Positions 37,798 through 51,233 of a stretch of 64,000 nt of DNA are shown one piece after another. This DNA is from Eledone cirrhosa (taxonomy: Eukaryota): NCBI GenBank assembly GCA_964016885.1, contig OZ024750.1:5270001-5334000 (forward strand), written 5' to 3'. The translations under genes were made by a program, and so were the position numbers. How positions within the stretch are numbered: the first letter of the stretch is position 1; each line of letters opens with the position of its first letter. Under the pieces are notes generated by a model that ran no database searches, was not told the origin of the DNA, and was given only the letters and a program-made list of their open reading frames with translations.

Positions 37798-38347
37798 TAT
37801 ATATATATATTGTTAAAGTTTAAATTTAGGAAAATAATCAACAGTATAAATTTCATTCTTGATGTGCCAGCTAAATCCTTTAAATGTTACCCTCATAAAA
37901 CTCAGAAATGTTAATACACTTATAGAATTTATAAAACTAACATATAAATAACCAGCAAAAAAATCCCGAAATCTTGATTCTTCACCCTAAAATTATAAAT
38001 TAAATATTTTCAAAATTAACCGTTTAACTTTCGGGAAAAATCTCCTTCTGCATATATCACCCCCCCCCCCCCCTTTATCTTTCCCTCTCTATAAATCCTT
38101 TTCCAGTGGCTATCACTGGCTGTTATGATTCATGAGATGTTTTCCTAGATATATTGTAGTATCAAATTTTTTTTAAATCTCTATAACTGTTACATTAAGC
38201 AACGTTTTTCTTACTCACACATTCTCTATTGAATTTATTACGTTTTCGCATTTTCTCATAATTAGGGTATAAATGTTAAATTTTCTCTTAGGTTAATCAC
38301 TACCTTGATTAAATCTTAACCATTTAACATCTCAGGGTATGTCATGT

Positions 38348-38417
38348 ATCATTATATTTTGTCTGATGAGGACGTACTGTTTTACATCCGAAATATGTAT
38401 AATAAAATGTAATTGAT
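38348..38417 (+). ncRNA. Type I minimal hammerhead ribozyme (Penelope-type), copy 1
   Basis: UUAUAUUUUGU-CUGAUGA-GGACGUA cuguuu UACAUCC-GAAA-UAUGUAU-A-AUAAAAUGUAA; 11-bp stem I; self-complementary stem III AUAUGUAU; triplet AUA. Confidence 0.72.
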
Positions 38418-39351
38418 CAAAAGAACATCTATTTTATTAATATTTGTATTTTAATATCTATATATATATATATATATATTTCTGTTTTGTATAATAGGTA
38501 TTTTAATTGTTAAACTCAATTTATATATTATTATTCATCTACAATATTTACACACTAAGAATATATTAAGTTCATGTACGTGTTTCCACTTATGTAAATT
38601 CTCTCAGAATGTCTTTGGCAGTATCGGTAGAGAGTCGGACGCCATGCTTTCCAGCATAGTTACGTCCCTTTACGATCTGAGTTCAAATCCCGCCGAGGTT
38701 GACTTTGCCTTTCATCCTTACAGGGTCGATAAAACAAAGTACAAATAATTGTTTCTACTTTAGGCACAAGGCCAGCAATTACCCAGTGCATTACTGGTAC
38801 TTTATTTTATCGACCCCGTAAGGATGAAAGGCAAAGTCAACCTCGGCGGGATTTGAACTCAGATCGTAAAGGGACGTAACTATGCTGGAAAGCATGGCGT
38901 CCGACCCTCTACCGATACTGCCAATCTACCGCCCTAACATGGCGTCCGACCCTCTACCAATACTGCCAATCCACCGCCCTTATACTAAATAATATATTAT
39001 ATATATATATATGCAGGATATCCGCAGATAAAAAGCCAAAGAAAACAATGCTCAAGAGAGCTTATTTAGTATAAGGTCGCGCAAACATGTTAAGTGAATG
39101 AAATTTTAATTACACTAAATATGTGTGTGTGTATGTATGTATATATATATTGAGTAAAATGACAGGAGGCTGGACAGATTCAACACAAACGAAGATGGAT
39201 GAGTTGCATTACGTCGAGTGCTTTTCCTAATATTACATCAAGGTTGACTACACGGAATGACCAGTTCTATCCAGCGTTGAACCAACTAACCTATATATAT
39301 AATTAAAAATCAACTAACCTATATATATATATATATATATATTATTATTAT

Positions 39352-39423
<72 letters not shown>

Positions 39424-39610
39424 AAACAAACACATCAAACAATCCTGATTAATGTGTTTCTTTTCTTTTATATATATATATTTCAATCGATTTTTAATTG
39501 AATGCTAATAAATGCTCGGATCTATCCCTTAGAATCTTTGAGCTTATTCTACAGAGGGTATGGCGCATGTTTCTCAGACGTGAGACATGATATCCTTAAT
39601 CTAATTTTGG

Positions 39611-39689
<79 letters not shown>

Positions 39690-42359
39690 AATAGTAGAGA
39701 GAAAAGGGATTTTTTCAGTAGAAAATGCTGAAGAGATTCTTTCAGTATAATATCAAATATATTTATTTATAAAGTGGATATTTCCGCATTTAATAATGGT
39801 ACCGGTTTCAGCATTATATGCTTTTTCAACTGCGGATATGCATGGTGTAGTTATGTTGCATATTTATACGAATAATAAAAAGGGGAAGAAAAATTATTAG
39901 TTTTTACATGCATATTTAGAGGGGAGAGTTCATATTTCTGTCCGTGTTCTCTGTTAGTAGGAAAAGATTCAGGACCCTGACGACTGAGCTCCGACCGTCT
40001 CGACAGCTAGATCCGAACTAAGTCACCAGTATTAGAACGGCGAGCATCTAGCTGAACTTATCAAGGGATATAGTTCATATATGGGCATGCAGTCAAAGCA
40101 AAAAAGCAAAAATATCTAAGAACAGAAATCCTAAAAGTTAGTTATTTTTCTTGTCGGTCATTGGGAGTGATCAATGATCTGGGATGTCGTGTATTAGTTC
40201 AATACCTTCACAGCGGCGAGGGGCCTAAACAAGCCTGAAAAACAAAGGGGAAGGGGTAAGAAGGCAGTCTGACCAGAGGATGTCAAGACAGTCAGGTGTG
40301 CACACACGGCAGAGATTTAATCCTATACAAATCTTTCAAAGAGATAGGGAAAAAAACGAGAAAAGAATATAATTTCAGCGTGTAAGAATCAAAGGTGATA
40401 GTTAGAAAGTTTAAGTTAAGTTTGCCTAATCTAACACTTGACTAAAGAGCAAAGCATTTATATTTTAATACTAATTCACTTCTTGATAAAGAAATCTACT
40501 TATCAATTACTCTAAGGCACAGGAAGGACACCTCATACACTAATTTACTTGTTTTTTCTTTTATATTCAGACACCCAAATTTGTTCACTTTTGTTAAAAT
40601 ATACATACAACTCTATGGAACTGGCTGAACAGATAGCTATGACACCTTACTAGACAACCTGGTAGGATTGTCACAGTTATTGTAGAATTATTGACATTTC
40701 AGCGATATATATATATAAACACCTGACTGATAAAATGACAAGTCAGTCAATCATATTGGTGGCCTCCCCACAGCTCCGGTGGACAGAATGGAGAAGGTGT
40801 TTACCCGGAGGACGGCAAGGGATTGATGTTTTGGGTGTCTGTACACACACACATACACATACATAAAAACATTGCAATATAGTTAGATGCAATAAAGGCA
40901 TTCATACCGCATAATCTTTCACGCGGGATAAGAAGAAACGCGTTCAGGTTTTAAGTAAAGAGGTCTGCTCGAAAAATATATTGCAGTCTAACGATGCAAA
41001 ATCTGTGGCTCTGGTATGTAGATTTGGATAGAGGATGAAAACTCCACTCTTCAGGAGTGGTGCCAGAAAAGATTACACAAGCGAGAGTGGACATACTCAC
41101 ACGTCTCCGTCTGCCCGAATGTGTTATGGATTGGAACCCATTGGGAGGGAAGATTTGCCTCTTGAAGCTTCTGCTAAAAGAAAGGTCTCTGTGTATGTGG
41201 TGCAATTCCAAGGCTATGGGAAATGATACTTTCCCAAAATGCCACGATCTAATAGTTGCATAGACGTGGCATGGTCAAACAGTTAACCATTCGGCTAGGC
41301 CGCATCCATGTGTGTGTGAAAGTGTGTATGCATGTATATGTTTAAATGTGTGTAGGGGTGCATGTGTGTGTGAGAGAGAGTGTATGTGTGCATGTACGTA
41401 TGTATATGTATGTGTCCGTATGGTAATATCTATATACATTTTTTTAAATGAGAACTAAATGATTTTGTGTCAAAAAAGTACAAAATGAAATAAAACTGGA
41501 ACAGGCAGACGATAGATTAAGTTCGCAACATTTCCGTTTTGGAAGAAAATTATCCAATTTTCACAATTGTCATCTAAACGACTGAGAACGCTTGATTTTA
41601 TTTCTATTTTTTATTGTATGTTGTTTTACTGTTACAGACAGGAACCATTGTGTCTGAACACGTGATCAGAAATGGTGAGAAAACCAAATAGATGAGGCAA
41701 CAGACAAAGCAGGGTATTACAGGGGCGGACCATTGAGTTATGTCCCTTTATGTTCTGTGTTCAAATCCCGCCGAAGTTAGCTTTGCTTTTTATCTTTACG
41801 GGGTTGATAAAATAAAATACCAGTTACACACTTGGGTCGATTTAAAAAGCGCTGAGTAGACTGAAGTGACGTGAAATAAACTGTTTTGCTCAGACACAAC
41901 AATGGCGCTCAACCTTACTTATGTGCCTTCATATACATGTACCGAACAATCTCATTAGGAAATAAAATATCGTAAATAACAACTAGCAATATATCTGAGA
42001 AAATACGAGAAATATATCTTAAGGACATTTCAAATGAAGAAAATAAATCTAGGTTATTGTGGCAGCGTAAACAACTGTTTCTTGGCGAGTATGAAGAATA
42101 TATATATATAGAGAGAGGAAGTTATAGTTCACTTGAAGCATTGTGTAATGAGGTATAAACGTTTGTATTTGTAAAGCGAAAACAATGTAGGTATGGACAT
42201 AGAATAAAAATGCAAATGCAAAAGATATAGTTGACAATTAGTCTTTTACCTTAAATTTATTTAAATGTCCTTAATTTTCGAGATAATATCTCTTCTTCGG
42301 AGGGAAGTAAAGCGGCTAAACCAGTGTTCTAAATAAGTTGACAAAAGTTTATATATATA

Positions 42360-42820
42360 TGTACAGCCACCAGAAATAACATCCGTGAAATATACAGCGC
42401 CATCTAACTGTTAGCTAGCTACCCCACCGTGAAACAAAAGAACCCTTAGAAACTAGCAGAATAAACGCCTACACAACGGCTAAACATCAAACGATTATTT
42501 CTGTATAAATAGAGTGGATACAAACACTTCGACAGTCGACTTTTGGCAGAGTCAGCTAACACATCGGTGTTCCTTTACTCTCTCACTCACACACGCCTTA
42601 TACCTCGTATCGTCGCTTCATGTGAAAATAAATAGCTGATCGAATTTACATCTCGCCTTGCTTCGTCCTTTCAACTTGTGCTTTCGTATGTCTATACTCA
42701 ACAGTTCTTTTAAGGGCTATCTTCAGATCTGATCAGACCGTATGCGATAACAGTCCTTCTAAGGGCTATTCTCGGATCTGATCAGAAGTAGTGACCAGAC
42801 TGACTAACCACGTCGCTACA
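42360..42820 (+). mobile_element. Solo LTR, copy 2 (created by the 5-kb duplication)
   Basis: Identical to 37337-37797. Confidence 0.65.
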
Positions 42821-43368
42821 TATATATATATATTGTTAAAGTTTAAATTTAGGAAAATAATCAACAGTATAAATTTCATTCTTGATGTGCCAGCTAAATC
42901 CTTTAAATGTTACCCTCATAAAACTCAGAAATGTTAATACACTTATAGAATTTATAAAACTAACATATAAATAACCAGCAAAAAAATCCCGAAATCTTGA
43001 TTCTTCACCCTAAAATTATAAATTAAATATTTTCAAAATTAACCGTTTAACTTTCGGGAAAAATCTCCTTCTGCATATATCACCCCCCCCCCCCTTTATC
43101 TTTCCCTCTCTATAAATCCTTTTCCAGTGGCTATCACTGGCTGTTATGATTCATGAGATGTTTTCCTAGATATATTGTAGTATCAAATTTTTTTTAAATC
43201 TCTATAACTGTTACATTAAGCAACGTTTTTCTTACTCACACATTCTCTATTGAATTTATTACGTTTTCGCATTTTCTCATAATTAGGGTATAAATGTTAA
43301 ATTTTCTCTTAGGTTAATCACTACCTTGATTAAATCTTAACCATTTAACATCTCAGGGTATGTCATGT

Positions 43369-43438
43369 ATCATTATATTTTGTCTGATGAGGACGTACTG
43401 TTTTACATCCGAAATATGTATAATAAAATGTAATTGAT
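43369..43438 (+). ncRNA. Type I minimal hammerhead ribozyme, copy 2
   Basis: Identical to 38348-38417 at offset 5021. Confidence 0.72.
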
Positions 43439-45238
43439 CAAAAGAACATCTATTTTATTAATATTTGTATTTTAATATCTATATATATATATATATATAT
43501 TTCTGTTTTGTATAATAGGTATTTTAATTGTTAAACTCAATTTATATATTATTATTCATCTACAATATTTACACACTAAGAATATATTAAGTTCATGTAC
43601 GTGTTTCCACTTATGTAAATTCTCTCAGAATGTCTTTGGCAGTATCGGTAGAGAGTCGGACGCCATGCTTTCCAGCATAGTTACGTCCCTTTACGATCTG
43701 AGTTCAAATCCCGCCGAGGTTGACTTTGCCTTTCATCCTTACAGGGTCGATAAAACAAAGTACAAATAATTGTTTCTACTTTAGGCACAAGGCCAGCAAT
43801 TACCCAGTGCATTACTGGTACTTTATTTTATCGACCCCGTAAGGATGAAAGGCAAAGTCAACCTCGGCGGGATTTGAACTCAGATCGTAAAGGGACGTAA
43901 CTATGCTGGAAAGCATGGCGTCCGACTAATAATGCCTTGTGCCTAAAGTAGAAACAATTATTTGTTTAGATACGCCACACTATTATAAACAAATCGATTG
44001 CTCAATTAAGCAAAGAAAACTTTATCTAAAAGGATTGTAAGTATTTTTAAACCCCCCCCCCCCCCCATAGGATGGATGTGGTCACAATATGTAAACTAAA
44101 CTAATTTAAAAATAAATCAAGGGAGACAACCTAGAAACATTGCTGCCCGTTAAAGAAAAGGTTAAAACCATAACCAATATTTAAAGACAAAGGACATATC
44201 GTTTTCAACCTGCTTTTCATTTCTTACTGTTTTTTATTTTTTAATGGATTCTGATTTAGGCACCAGGCCAGCAATTTGGAGGGCTGGGGCAAGTCGATAA
44301 AATTAACCCTAGTGCGTTACTGGTACTTTATTTTATTGACACTGTAAGGATGAAAGGAAAAGCTAACCTCGGTAGGATTTGAAATCAGAACGCAAAGGGC
44401 CGTAACTCTGAGCATGTCCTACACTGCCAATTTAATGAGTGAGGTAAGTTCATCAAAGTTATTCACCTTTATATACTTATTCTCCCATAAAGGGAGATGG
44501 GTTGGAGAAAATTGAGATCCTATAACGCCAACTGGTCTATCCCTGACCATTGTCCTACAACCTGTTGTATAACCGAAATAGATAATTTGTAAACAAAAGA
44601 AAGAATTGGTGTGGAGTAGCATATCGAAGCTAATAAACTACCAGAGAGAGTGAGAGAGCATTTTAAAGCTGGTCTTTAAAAAAATACTACCAAGATTAGA
44701 GGTGCAATATATTGTCAAGGATCTGCCAAACTTTAAATCTTCCAACACACGGAGGCTACGAAACGATTTAACAGAAAGCTTTCTTTGTTTTTCACTTTTT
44801 CTTATTTTTGCCATTTTCTCTCTCGCGTTTTTGTTTCTTTCTTATAAGAGGCATTTAGATGCCTTTCTTAGTCTGTTACGGCTTACCAGCTTTACATGGA
44901 TGTTTCATTTATTTAAATAAATAAAATAGTTGTTGTAGAACACTTTTTGATGTAAGATGATAGGACTTAAGTGAAATAACTGCTCCCCTTATACTTTGTA
45001 CACTTCCTAGCTGGTCAGATATTTAAAGGTAAGAGGGAGTCATCTTTATTTCAATTAATTTCTCCATTTATTTCATGTTGGGATTGATTATAAGACTTCC
45101 TTTCCTAGTTCTTGATAACAATACCCAATCAATTAGCCGTCATCTTCTTATCTATGTGGATTGACATAGAGAATGACAACAGGACATACTGTAGACTAAG
45201 ACCTTTTCTAGTTTTTTGCTGACATTTCATCATGTTGT

Positions 45239-45790
45239 CCTAACTTCCAGTGTACAGGCATTAGCCCTAACTTTATAATGCTGACCTAACTTCCAGTGTA
45301 CAGGCAGTAGCCCTAACTTTATAATGCTGACCTAACTTCCAGTGTACAGGCAGTAGCCCTAACCTTATAATGCTGTCCTAACTTCCAGTGTACAGGCAGT
45401 AGCCCTAACCTTATAATGCTGTCCTAACTTCCAGTGTACAGGCAGTAGCCCTAACCTTATAATGCTGTCCTAACTTCCAGTGTACAGGCATTAGCCCTAA
45501 CTTTATAATGCTATCCTAACTTCCAGTGTACAGGCAGTAGCCCTAACCTTATAATGCTGTCCTAACTTCCAGTGTACAGGCAGTAGCCCTAACCTTATAA
45601 TGCTGTCCTAACTTCCAGTGTACAGGCAGTAGCCCTAACCTTATAATGCTGACCTAACTTCCAGTGTACAGGCATTAGCCCTAACCTTATAATGCTGTCC
45701 TAACTTCCAGTGTACAGGCATTAGCCCTAACTTTATAATGCTGTCCTAACTTCCAGTGTACAGGCATTAGCCCAAACTCTAGAATGGTAT
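45239..45790. repeat. 46-bp minisatellite, about 12 copies
   Basis: (CCTAACTTCCAGTGTACAGGCAGTAGCCCTAACCTTATAATGCTGT)n. Confidence 0.95.
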
Positions 45791-46366
45791 CCCAACTATC
45801 AATGTATAAAGCCCTAACTCTATAATATCTGCCAATGTCATAAATAACAATGCTTTAGTCTTAATCTGGAGTCCTGCACTTCTCAGCTGAGTCAGTGTTA
45901 TGAATTTCTTATGTATATTTAGAAGCAGTTCAATTTGTTCTGATGTTCAGTATATAGAGGCATCTCCTGCCTAAACTTTAGCATGGCATTCTGCTGCGAA
46001 AACATTTTAGCTTTTTCACAATTTCTATTGTTTCTCCTTACAGCTGTCTGTCATTTTAGTTCTTATCTTCCATTTGTTGGATTCCTTGGAGACAGAAAAC
46101 AACTGAGGGAAGGGTAATTGTCTAAGTTTTCCATATTTCATTACTAGAAATGTTTGTAGCCCTACAGTAGATATTTTATAATAGTTTTCTAATTCATGAT
46201 AAAATATAATCTTCCTGCATCAGATTTTGGATAATGTATCCTAAATGCATTCATTTTTCTTGTTTTTCTGCCTAGTCTTAGAAGTTCATTTAGCATCCAA
46301 TTGAGATTGTAATAACTTATTACTTATACCTCGGGTTTACCGAGATGTATTTCTATCACAGAATAC

Positions 46367-46676
46367 TCAGGATCTCGTACGTCTACTGAATAAATAATGA
46401 AGAGGTTTTGAAGAGAGTGTGGATGGAACGATACTTCTCACTATTAAAAAGAGACAACTAATGCTCCTAGGATATGACACCAGGAAAGACATGCTGCAAG
46501 ACCTTTCTATTAGCAGAAAAATTCCTGGAAAGCAATACCAGAGGTCGTCAAAGGAGGTCCTTTTTGACAATTTCAACATCAAAGCTGCAGAAGTATGAGA
46601 TCTTTCCCGAGATCGAACAGTGTGGAACGTCATGGTTCGTTAAACATTGATGCAGTGGTGGCACAAGAAGACTGAA
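46367..46676 (+). mobile_element. RTE-clade LINE 3' fragment
   Basis: Broken frames read LRISY, NNEEVLKRV, TIKKRQL, KIPGK, RGRQRR, SRDRTVWNVMV, typical of the RTE ORF C-terminus. Confidence 0.65.
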
Positions 46677-46780
46677 ACCAGTTAAATATTAATGGACATT
46701 CATAGATAAAAGACAACTTAATATGATTTTATTTGTTTAATAATAACAATAGAAAATGAATATGAAAACATCTACTTCCA

Positions 46781-46934
46781 TTATATATTAGAAACAGATT
46801 GCAGATTTCTCTCTGTAAAGAATCTGTGACGTTTGCGTTTTGGTCCTTTATCTGTTTTGGGAGAGAAAAATGTTAGCAATGATGCTGAACCAGCTCCAGG
46901 ATTCTCTTTATCATCTTCGTCATCATCATCTTCC
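46781..46934 (-). CDS. RNASEH2A: Ribonuclease H2 subunit A, terminal exon
   Basis: cattag|; (W)EDDDDEDDKENPGAGSASLLTFFSPKTDKGPKRKRHRFFTERNLQSVSNI, TAA at 46781; AATAAA (minus) at 46728-46733. Confidence 0.92.
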
Positions 46935-47058
46935 CTAATGGTGGCAGAAATAGGAAGAAAAAAAAAGAGAAAATTGAATCATTAATATACAAGCCATATT
47001 CCCCACTAAAACAGGGGTTAGCTTTCTAGGGCCCGTAATATAGCTGTGAGTAACTTAC

Positions 47059-47182
47059 CATTCGACAGCTACTGCATCTTTGTCTAAAATACTTGATGCT
47101 GTAGACCAGCTGAAGCGTACAATCTGTGGGAAACCAAACACTTTGTCCATGTGATCTTTTAGAAACTTCTTGGTGAGCGGAT
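47059..47182 (-). CDS. RNASEH2A: RNase H2A exon
   Basis: tttcag| ... |gtaagt; (D)[40 protein letters not shown](W). Confidence 0.95.
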
Positions 47183-47812
47183 CTGAAAATAGTTTTAAAA
47201 ATTAGACAACAAGTTGTAGGTATGTGATTATGTGGATTTCTAAACATAACAAATAAGATTGCATGGAGTAAAGGTAGACCAGGTCTTAGTAAGTTGTAGA
47301 GAAGGCAACCCATCTAGGAGAGCAGTTACTCTGAATAAATAAGATTGTGTGGGATAGACCCTTTACCATTTAAACCAGCTATATCTGGCCAGAATTCTCT
47401 CACCTCTTTCTGTTCAAACGAGCCATAACCAGCCACTCATAAGGTATTATTCTCAAAATAAATGACATCAAAATCTCATAAATTCGATATTATGTGAGTC
47501 TTTACCACAAAAATATAATAGTAAATATAGAGGAATGTACAGAATACCATCAAATCACATATACTGTCTCATTGGTATTACACTACACACTACTTACACA
47601 ATCATATCATCCTCTTACTGTCACACTGTCACATACTTCAATACATACAAGTAACAACAACCAACGAAGTGTCTCCCTAATATTACACACACACACAGTG
47701 TTTCACTAATATCATCCTTTCTAGCTTCAACATCTAACTATAGGTTGCACCTCAGCCAGCCCTAACCCTAACACACAACCACAGTGACATAAAATATACA
47801 AATATTGCTCAC

Positions 47813-47900
47813 CATTTGGGTAACCTGAGCCACAATCAGTAGCAGAAATATTAAAATCTTCTGTAAACTCCCAATCCTTTAATATTCGATCACGTGCAAC
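47813..47900 (-). CDS. RNASEH2A: RNase H2A exon (GSGYP motif)
   Basis: ataaag| ... |gtgagc; VARDRILKDWEFTEDFNISATDCGSGYPN. Confidence 0.95.
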
Positions 47901-48741
47901 CTTTATAATAAAAAAAAAGACAGACATTGTGTTAAATATACGAAACTAATTAGAGAGAGATGTGGCTGTGATTGCTGTGTAATCTCCAGCCAGTTCTAAT
48001 CAAACAGACCTAGGATCAAAGGCATTCCAGCCGTGACCATCTCACCTATACAGGCAGACCTATAATCAAAGGCATTTCAGCCATGACAATCTCATCATTT
48101 ACCCAGGACCACATTATCCAATATGCATTTTCCTTTTTAAGAGGGCAGAGATGATATTTGAGGAACATTTGGTTACTATATCTAGCAAGGCGAGTTACCA
48201 CGAAGAGACACCTTCTTTGAAAAGTTGATGAAATGTGAGATTACTCAAGTTGTTAAACAAATTTTTTCTTTTAAAATTCAACAGTAGCTTATAGAGTTAT
48301 CTCCCTTGAATCAATCTGCTAAAGCTGCTTCAACATAAAGTGACAAGAGGGTTAATCATCATCATCATCACGCTAGCATGGGTTAGACGGATTGTCCCAT
48401 TAGAGGCAAGTTTGGTCAGGTGACCGTGTCTTGCTCATATAGAACTGTTTCTGGCTAGGTTTCTACAGCTGGATGCCATTTCCTAATGCCAACCACATTT
48501 ACAGTGTAGGCTGGGTGCTTTTCATCGTGACACCTACACAACCACTTTACAGAGTGGTATCTAAGATAAGTGTCATTTGTCTTAGTCTTGGGACGACTCA
48601 CACCTTGTGAGTGAAACTGGTTAGACAGAGACTATCTGGAAGCCTGTTAGTGGAGGTGGTAGCAGCAGCAGTAGTAGAGGTGGTGGTGGTAATGATAATG
48701 GTGACAATAGTACTTTACCTTACTCCCCCAAAGTACTTTAC

Positions 48742-48879
48742 CTTAGCAAATATACTGGCGCCACTAACTATTGGGTATGTGGAATCAGCCTTTTTAGCGA
48801 CCGTGATGTCTATACCAGGGAACTGCTTCTCTAACTTCAGTTGGTATTTCCCAGCATCGCCAACTGTATCAACATAAAT
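48742..48879 (-). CDS. RNASEH2A: RNase H2A exon (VDTVG and KAD catalytic motifs)
   Basis: ttccag| ... |gtaaag; [46 protein letters not shown]. Confidence 0.96.
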
Positions 48880-49782
48880 CTGGAAAAATAAAACAATAAT
48901 AATAGTACTGATGTTTGGGTGAGGTGAGGCAGAATGGGGTGAGGTGGGTGGGGTGCCACACTAAAATGCTCCTAGTCAACATTGTAAAGTGGTAGTGCTG
49001 TTGCCACTAAAAATGGCACATAGTATACTGAGTAAAGTAGTAATGTTGGCTGGCGTCATGATAAAAGGCACCCAACCCACACTGTAAAGTGGTAGTTATA
49101 GTACCATGAAAAAGAAAACACCCAGTCCACCCTGTCAAGTGTTTGTGGTGGTGCCATGAGATAATGAACCCGAAGCAGTTGACGTAAGGTAATCAAGGAA
49201 AATAGATATAAAATGGTGATGAAGATGATACATATAAAATCCCCAATATATTTTGATATTAGGGTAACTGATAAAGTGAACATGGGATTTGCACCTAGAA
49301 AGTTCCCCTCCGAGGCACAAGTCCGGGCTAGGTTGTTTGTGGAAGACCAGCAGTCACCCATGTATACCAGCCTCCCCTCTCTACACCACTGATGTGGCCC
49401 ACATGAAAGTCAATGGACGATACAACTTGGCACCATTGACGTTGCAACTCATTTCTACAGCTGAGTAAACTGGGGCAACGTGAAATAAAGTGTCTTGTTC
49501 AAGAACACAACGCAAAGCCCAACACTCTAACCACTAAGCCATGCACCTTCACATATTTTGATATTAATATATCATATATTGTATTGTCTTTAGAAAGAAA
49601 TTATAACATAGTCATCTCTTAGAAGAGTTTTAGACAAGATACATTGTAATTTTATCTTTACTGCCATATTGATAAATAATTCAATTGTGAAGGGGACTAA
49701 ATGGAAAAGAAGATAATTAAAAATAGATTAGCAATGTAATCAATATTTGGCCTGCATAAGAAATCACAGAAAAATAACCTAC

Positions 49783-49870
49783 TTCGGTGACATTAACTCC
49801 AAGTGCCAAAACTTTTGTGATTAGACCAATGGCGCTGTCATGAGAGAGAGCATTGAGGTTGTATTTGGTT
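49783..49870 (-). CDS. RNASEH2A: RNase H2A exon
   Basis: ttacag| ... |gtaggt; (R)TKYNLNALSHDSAIGLITKVLALGVNVTE. Confidence 0.95.
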
Positions 49871-50780
49871 CTGTAATAAGAAAACATTACAATAAACACC
49901 ACAGATATTACTATACATATTAATCATCATCATCATCATTTAATGTCTATCATCCACGCTAGCATGGGTTAGACGGGAGTTGTCCCACTTAAGGCAAGAT
50001 TGGTTGGGTGACCGTGTCTCGCTCGTATAGGACTATCTGGCAGGTTTTCTATGGCTGGATGCCCTTCCTAACACCAACCACATTTACAGTGTGGACTGGG
50101 AACTTTTTACCATGTTACCTACACGGCCACATTACAGCGTGGACTGTGTGTTTTTTTTGTCGTGACACCATATATATTAGAAAGTCTATAATGGAGTATG
50201 ATGGATTAACCCATTAATCAAGTGGTTAAGGGTACAGACAACGAGTTTCCAGTTAATTTGTGTCTTTCAGTATACTAATCTCTACAGATCTTGCTATGCC
50301 AAATTTGGGATACAAAGTCTTATAATCATAATCATCATCATCAGCATTTAGCATCCATTTTCCATGCTTGCATGGGTTAGACGGGTCGTCCACGTCAAGA
50401 GACAAGTCTACCCAGAACTGGCTGTGGTGTACTTGTTTCGACAAGGACTCTAAATTTGGCTGGGGATTTTACAGCTGGCTGCCCTTCCTAACACCAACCA
50501 CATTTACAGTAATATCAACCAAAAGACACGAACTGAAAATGAACACAAAATAAACAAAGGCTGAGCCATAAAAATTGGCTATGTTTTTAGTTATATCTCA
50601 CATTCCCTCCATTCACACATGCACTAACACATACACATACACATAAATTCCTTTCAGAATTTTAAACTGAGAGTCAAGAGATTTATTTTGATTACCCTTT
50701 GACTCATATATCTCTATATCCTCTTGTTTATTTCTAAGAAATACAGCATGAAATGAAAGTAAATGACTTTCTCAACTTAC

Positions 50781-50910
50781 CTCTTTAACATACTATTTGA
50801 AATAAAAGTTGGTGAAAGAATATGGACCATCCAGCCAATTTCACCATTAGCGTCGGTTGTCATTTTTCCAAGAATACTCTCTCTCTTTTCTTCTGTTAGG
50901 GTTTTGGAAT
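50781..50910 (-). CDS. RNASEH2A: RNase H2A exon (DSK motif)
   Basis: ttttag| ... |gtaagt; (D)SKTLTEEKRESILGKMTTDANGEIGWMVHILSPTFISNSMLK(R). Confidence 0.95.
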
Positions 50911-51233
50911 CTAAAATTAATAAAACAATTAAAGAAGATTTTAGAACAGATACAAAGTTAAATAATATATAAAAATTATATATATCCTTATAATTTAGTT
51001 ATATATATCCTTATAATATTAGAAAGTGAACAACACAAAATATAACTATTCCATTACCAAAGGTTTCTGGATCCCAGACAATATCAATATACGTCTGGAT
51101 CGGTCATCAGACAGAGATGTTATTAAATATGGAGTAATTAAATAGCTCTATACATAGAGCACTCTTTTTTCCTATATCCTTATAATATATCAAAATTATA
51201 AGGATATATATAACTAAATTATAAGGATATATA

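Larger units (their letters stand above)
33742..43926. repeat. Tandem segmental duplication: unit 1 33742-38742, unit 2 38743-43763, closing SINE 43764-43926
   Basis: Identical ORF-track translations at offset 5023 (35928/40951, 37026/42049). Visible differences are limited to (TA)n and C-run lengths and 2 bp in the first SINE. Confidence 0.97.

Noticed and set aside
45239-45790. Interstitial telomeric repeat
   Set aside because: CCCTAA occurs only as isolated hexamers within a 46-bp unit.
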